A stretch of 64,000 bases of DNA from an uncultured Actinomycetes bacterium (GTDB taxonomy: Bacteria > Actinomycetota > Acidimicrobiia > IMCC26256 > DASPTH01), in assembly GCA_963705625.1 (NCBI GenBank), contig CAVPKG010000008.1:2846-66845 (forward strand), written 5' to 3'. The notes beneath the pieces are model-generated. The model saw only the letters and a list, made by a program, of their open reading frames with translations, was not told where the DNA came from and did no database searches. The translations under genes and the position numbers were made by a program. This document shows positions 62,901-64,000 of this stretch, in pieces; within the stretch, counting starts at the first letter, position 1; every line of letters starts with the position of its first letter.

Positions 62901-62992
62901 ACGCACACGCGGCACGAGCGAGCGAAGCGAGTCGAGTGCTCGCAGACGAGCGAGCGCCCGCGGCGCAGGTACCCTGCGCCGCAGCGAGCGAG

Positions 62993-63598
62993 TCAGTTGA
63001 TACCGGTTCATGGCGGCGTCGACGCCGTCGGTGGCGATGCACTCGACCGCGTCGGCGGCCTGTTCGATCGTCACGTCGATCTCGGCCCGCTCGCGCTTCG
63101 AGAACCGGCGCAGCACGTGGTCGACGCCGCGCTCCTTCGACACCGGCTTGCCGACGCCGATGCGCACGCGCTGGAACTCGTCGGAGTGCAGGTGCGACGT
63201 GATCGAGCGGAGCCCGTTGTGGCCCGCGAGCCCGCCGCCCGACTTCACCCGCAGCGCGGCCGCGGGCAGGTCGAGCTCGTCGTGCACGATCACGATCTGC
63301 TCGGGTTCCACGCCGTACCGTCGCGCCAGCGCGGCGACCGCGAGGCCCGAGTCGTTCATGTACGTGAGCGGGACCGCGAGCGCGACGCGCTTGCCGCCGA
63401 TCGTGACCTCGTCGGCCCGCGCGCGCTCCTTGCTCTTGCGCAGCGACGCGCCGTGACGCTCGCGAGCAGCTCCACCGTGTCGGCACCGACGTTGTGCCGC
63501 GTGCGCGCGTACTCCTCGCCGGGATTGCCGAGACCGACGACGAGCAGGTCGGCCGGCGTGCCCGTGCGCGGCGCGCGACCGGGCCGCCGGAGTCTCAC
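62993..63598 (-). CDS. pth: peptidyl-tRNA hydrolase (frameshifted)
   Basis: [45 protein letters not shown]. Confidence 0.93.
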
Positions 63599-63604
63599 GG
63601 CGGG

Positions 63605-64000
63605 CTACTCGCCGCCGTCGCCGCCCTCGGACGGCGCCCCGCTCGACGCCTCGCCCTCGGCGCCCTCGGCCGCCTCGCCCTCTTCGCCCTCGGCCAGCTC
63701 GCCCTCGACCTCTTCCTCGACCACGACCCGCGGCGCCGCGACCTGCGCGACGACCGCGTCGGCATCGAGCTGGGTCGCGACGTCGGCCGGGATCGACAGG
63801 TCGGACGCGTGGCGCTGGTCGCCGATCGCGAGCGCCGAGACGTCGAGCTCGAGCGACACCGGGATGTTGCCCGGCATCGCCTCGACGGTGACGCTGAAGA
63901 TGAGCTGCTCGAGCAGACCGCCGTCGCGCACACCCGCGGGCTCACCGACGAGGTGGAGCGGGACCTCGGCGGCGACCGCGACGTCGCGGCGGATGCGGAT
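63605..64000 (-). CDS. rplY: 50S ribosomal protein L25/CTC (5' partial)
   Basis: GGLLEQ..IP..LELDVSALAIGD, acidic tail; upstream of pth. Confidence 0.85.
   Translation of the reverse strand: MRIRRDVAVAAEVPLHLVGEPAGVRDGGLLEQLIFSVTVEAMPGNIPVSLELDVSALAIGDQRHASDLSIPADVATQLDADAVVAQVAAPRVVVEEEVEGELAEGEEGEAAEGAEGEASSGAPSEGGDGGE

Noticed and set aside
1-64000. Numerous long Arg/Pro/Ala-rich alternative-frame and antisense ORFs
   Set aside because: Shadow ORFs expected at this GC content; they overlap recognisable genes and carry no motifs.

Overview
A 64-kb window from a high-GC (roughly 70% by eye) actinobacterium, most likely Acidimicrobiia judging by gene content. It carries many single-base frameshifts, including in essential genes (eno, pth), which look like long-read assembly errors. 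The right end holds the conserved rplY-pth-mfd-SurA-mazG and eno-divIC-DUF501-ppx blocks, plus orn and tRNA-Leu(UAA); the rest is mixed metabolic and accessory genes. Main observations: (1) A three-gene lower-GC cassette at 9.5-11.8 kb. A beta-class DNA methyltransferase carries a C-terminal PD-(D/E)XK-like domain with substituted catalytic residues, and a stand-alone paralogue of that domain with intact residues lies two genes downstream. (2) A cobalamin riboswitch upstream of two surface proteins that together resemble a split transcobalamin, divergent from an ECF transporter. (3) A dispersed 55-57 bp hairpin repeat family with compensatory stem changes. It forms a 6-unit tandem array and has inserted in frame into yjbQ. 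(4) Smaller oddities: a C-terminal QPTFTG-stop motif, a PAS protein with a His-less DHp domain, an orphan MafI-like gene and an esterase-thioredoxin fusion. All family assignments come from motif recognition by eye; no searches were run.
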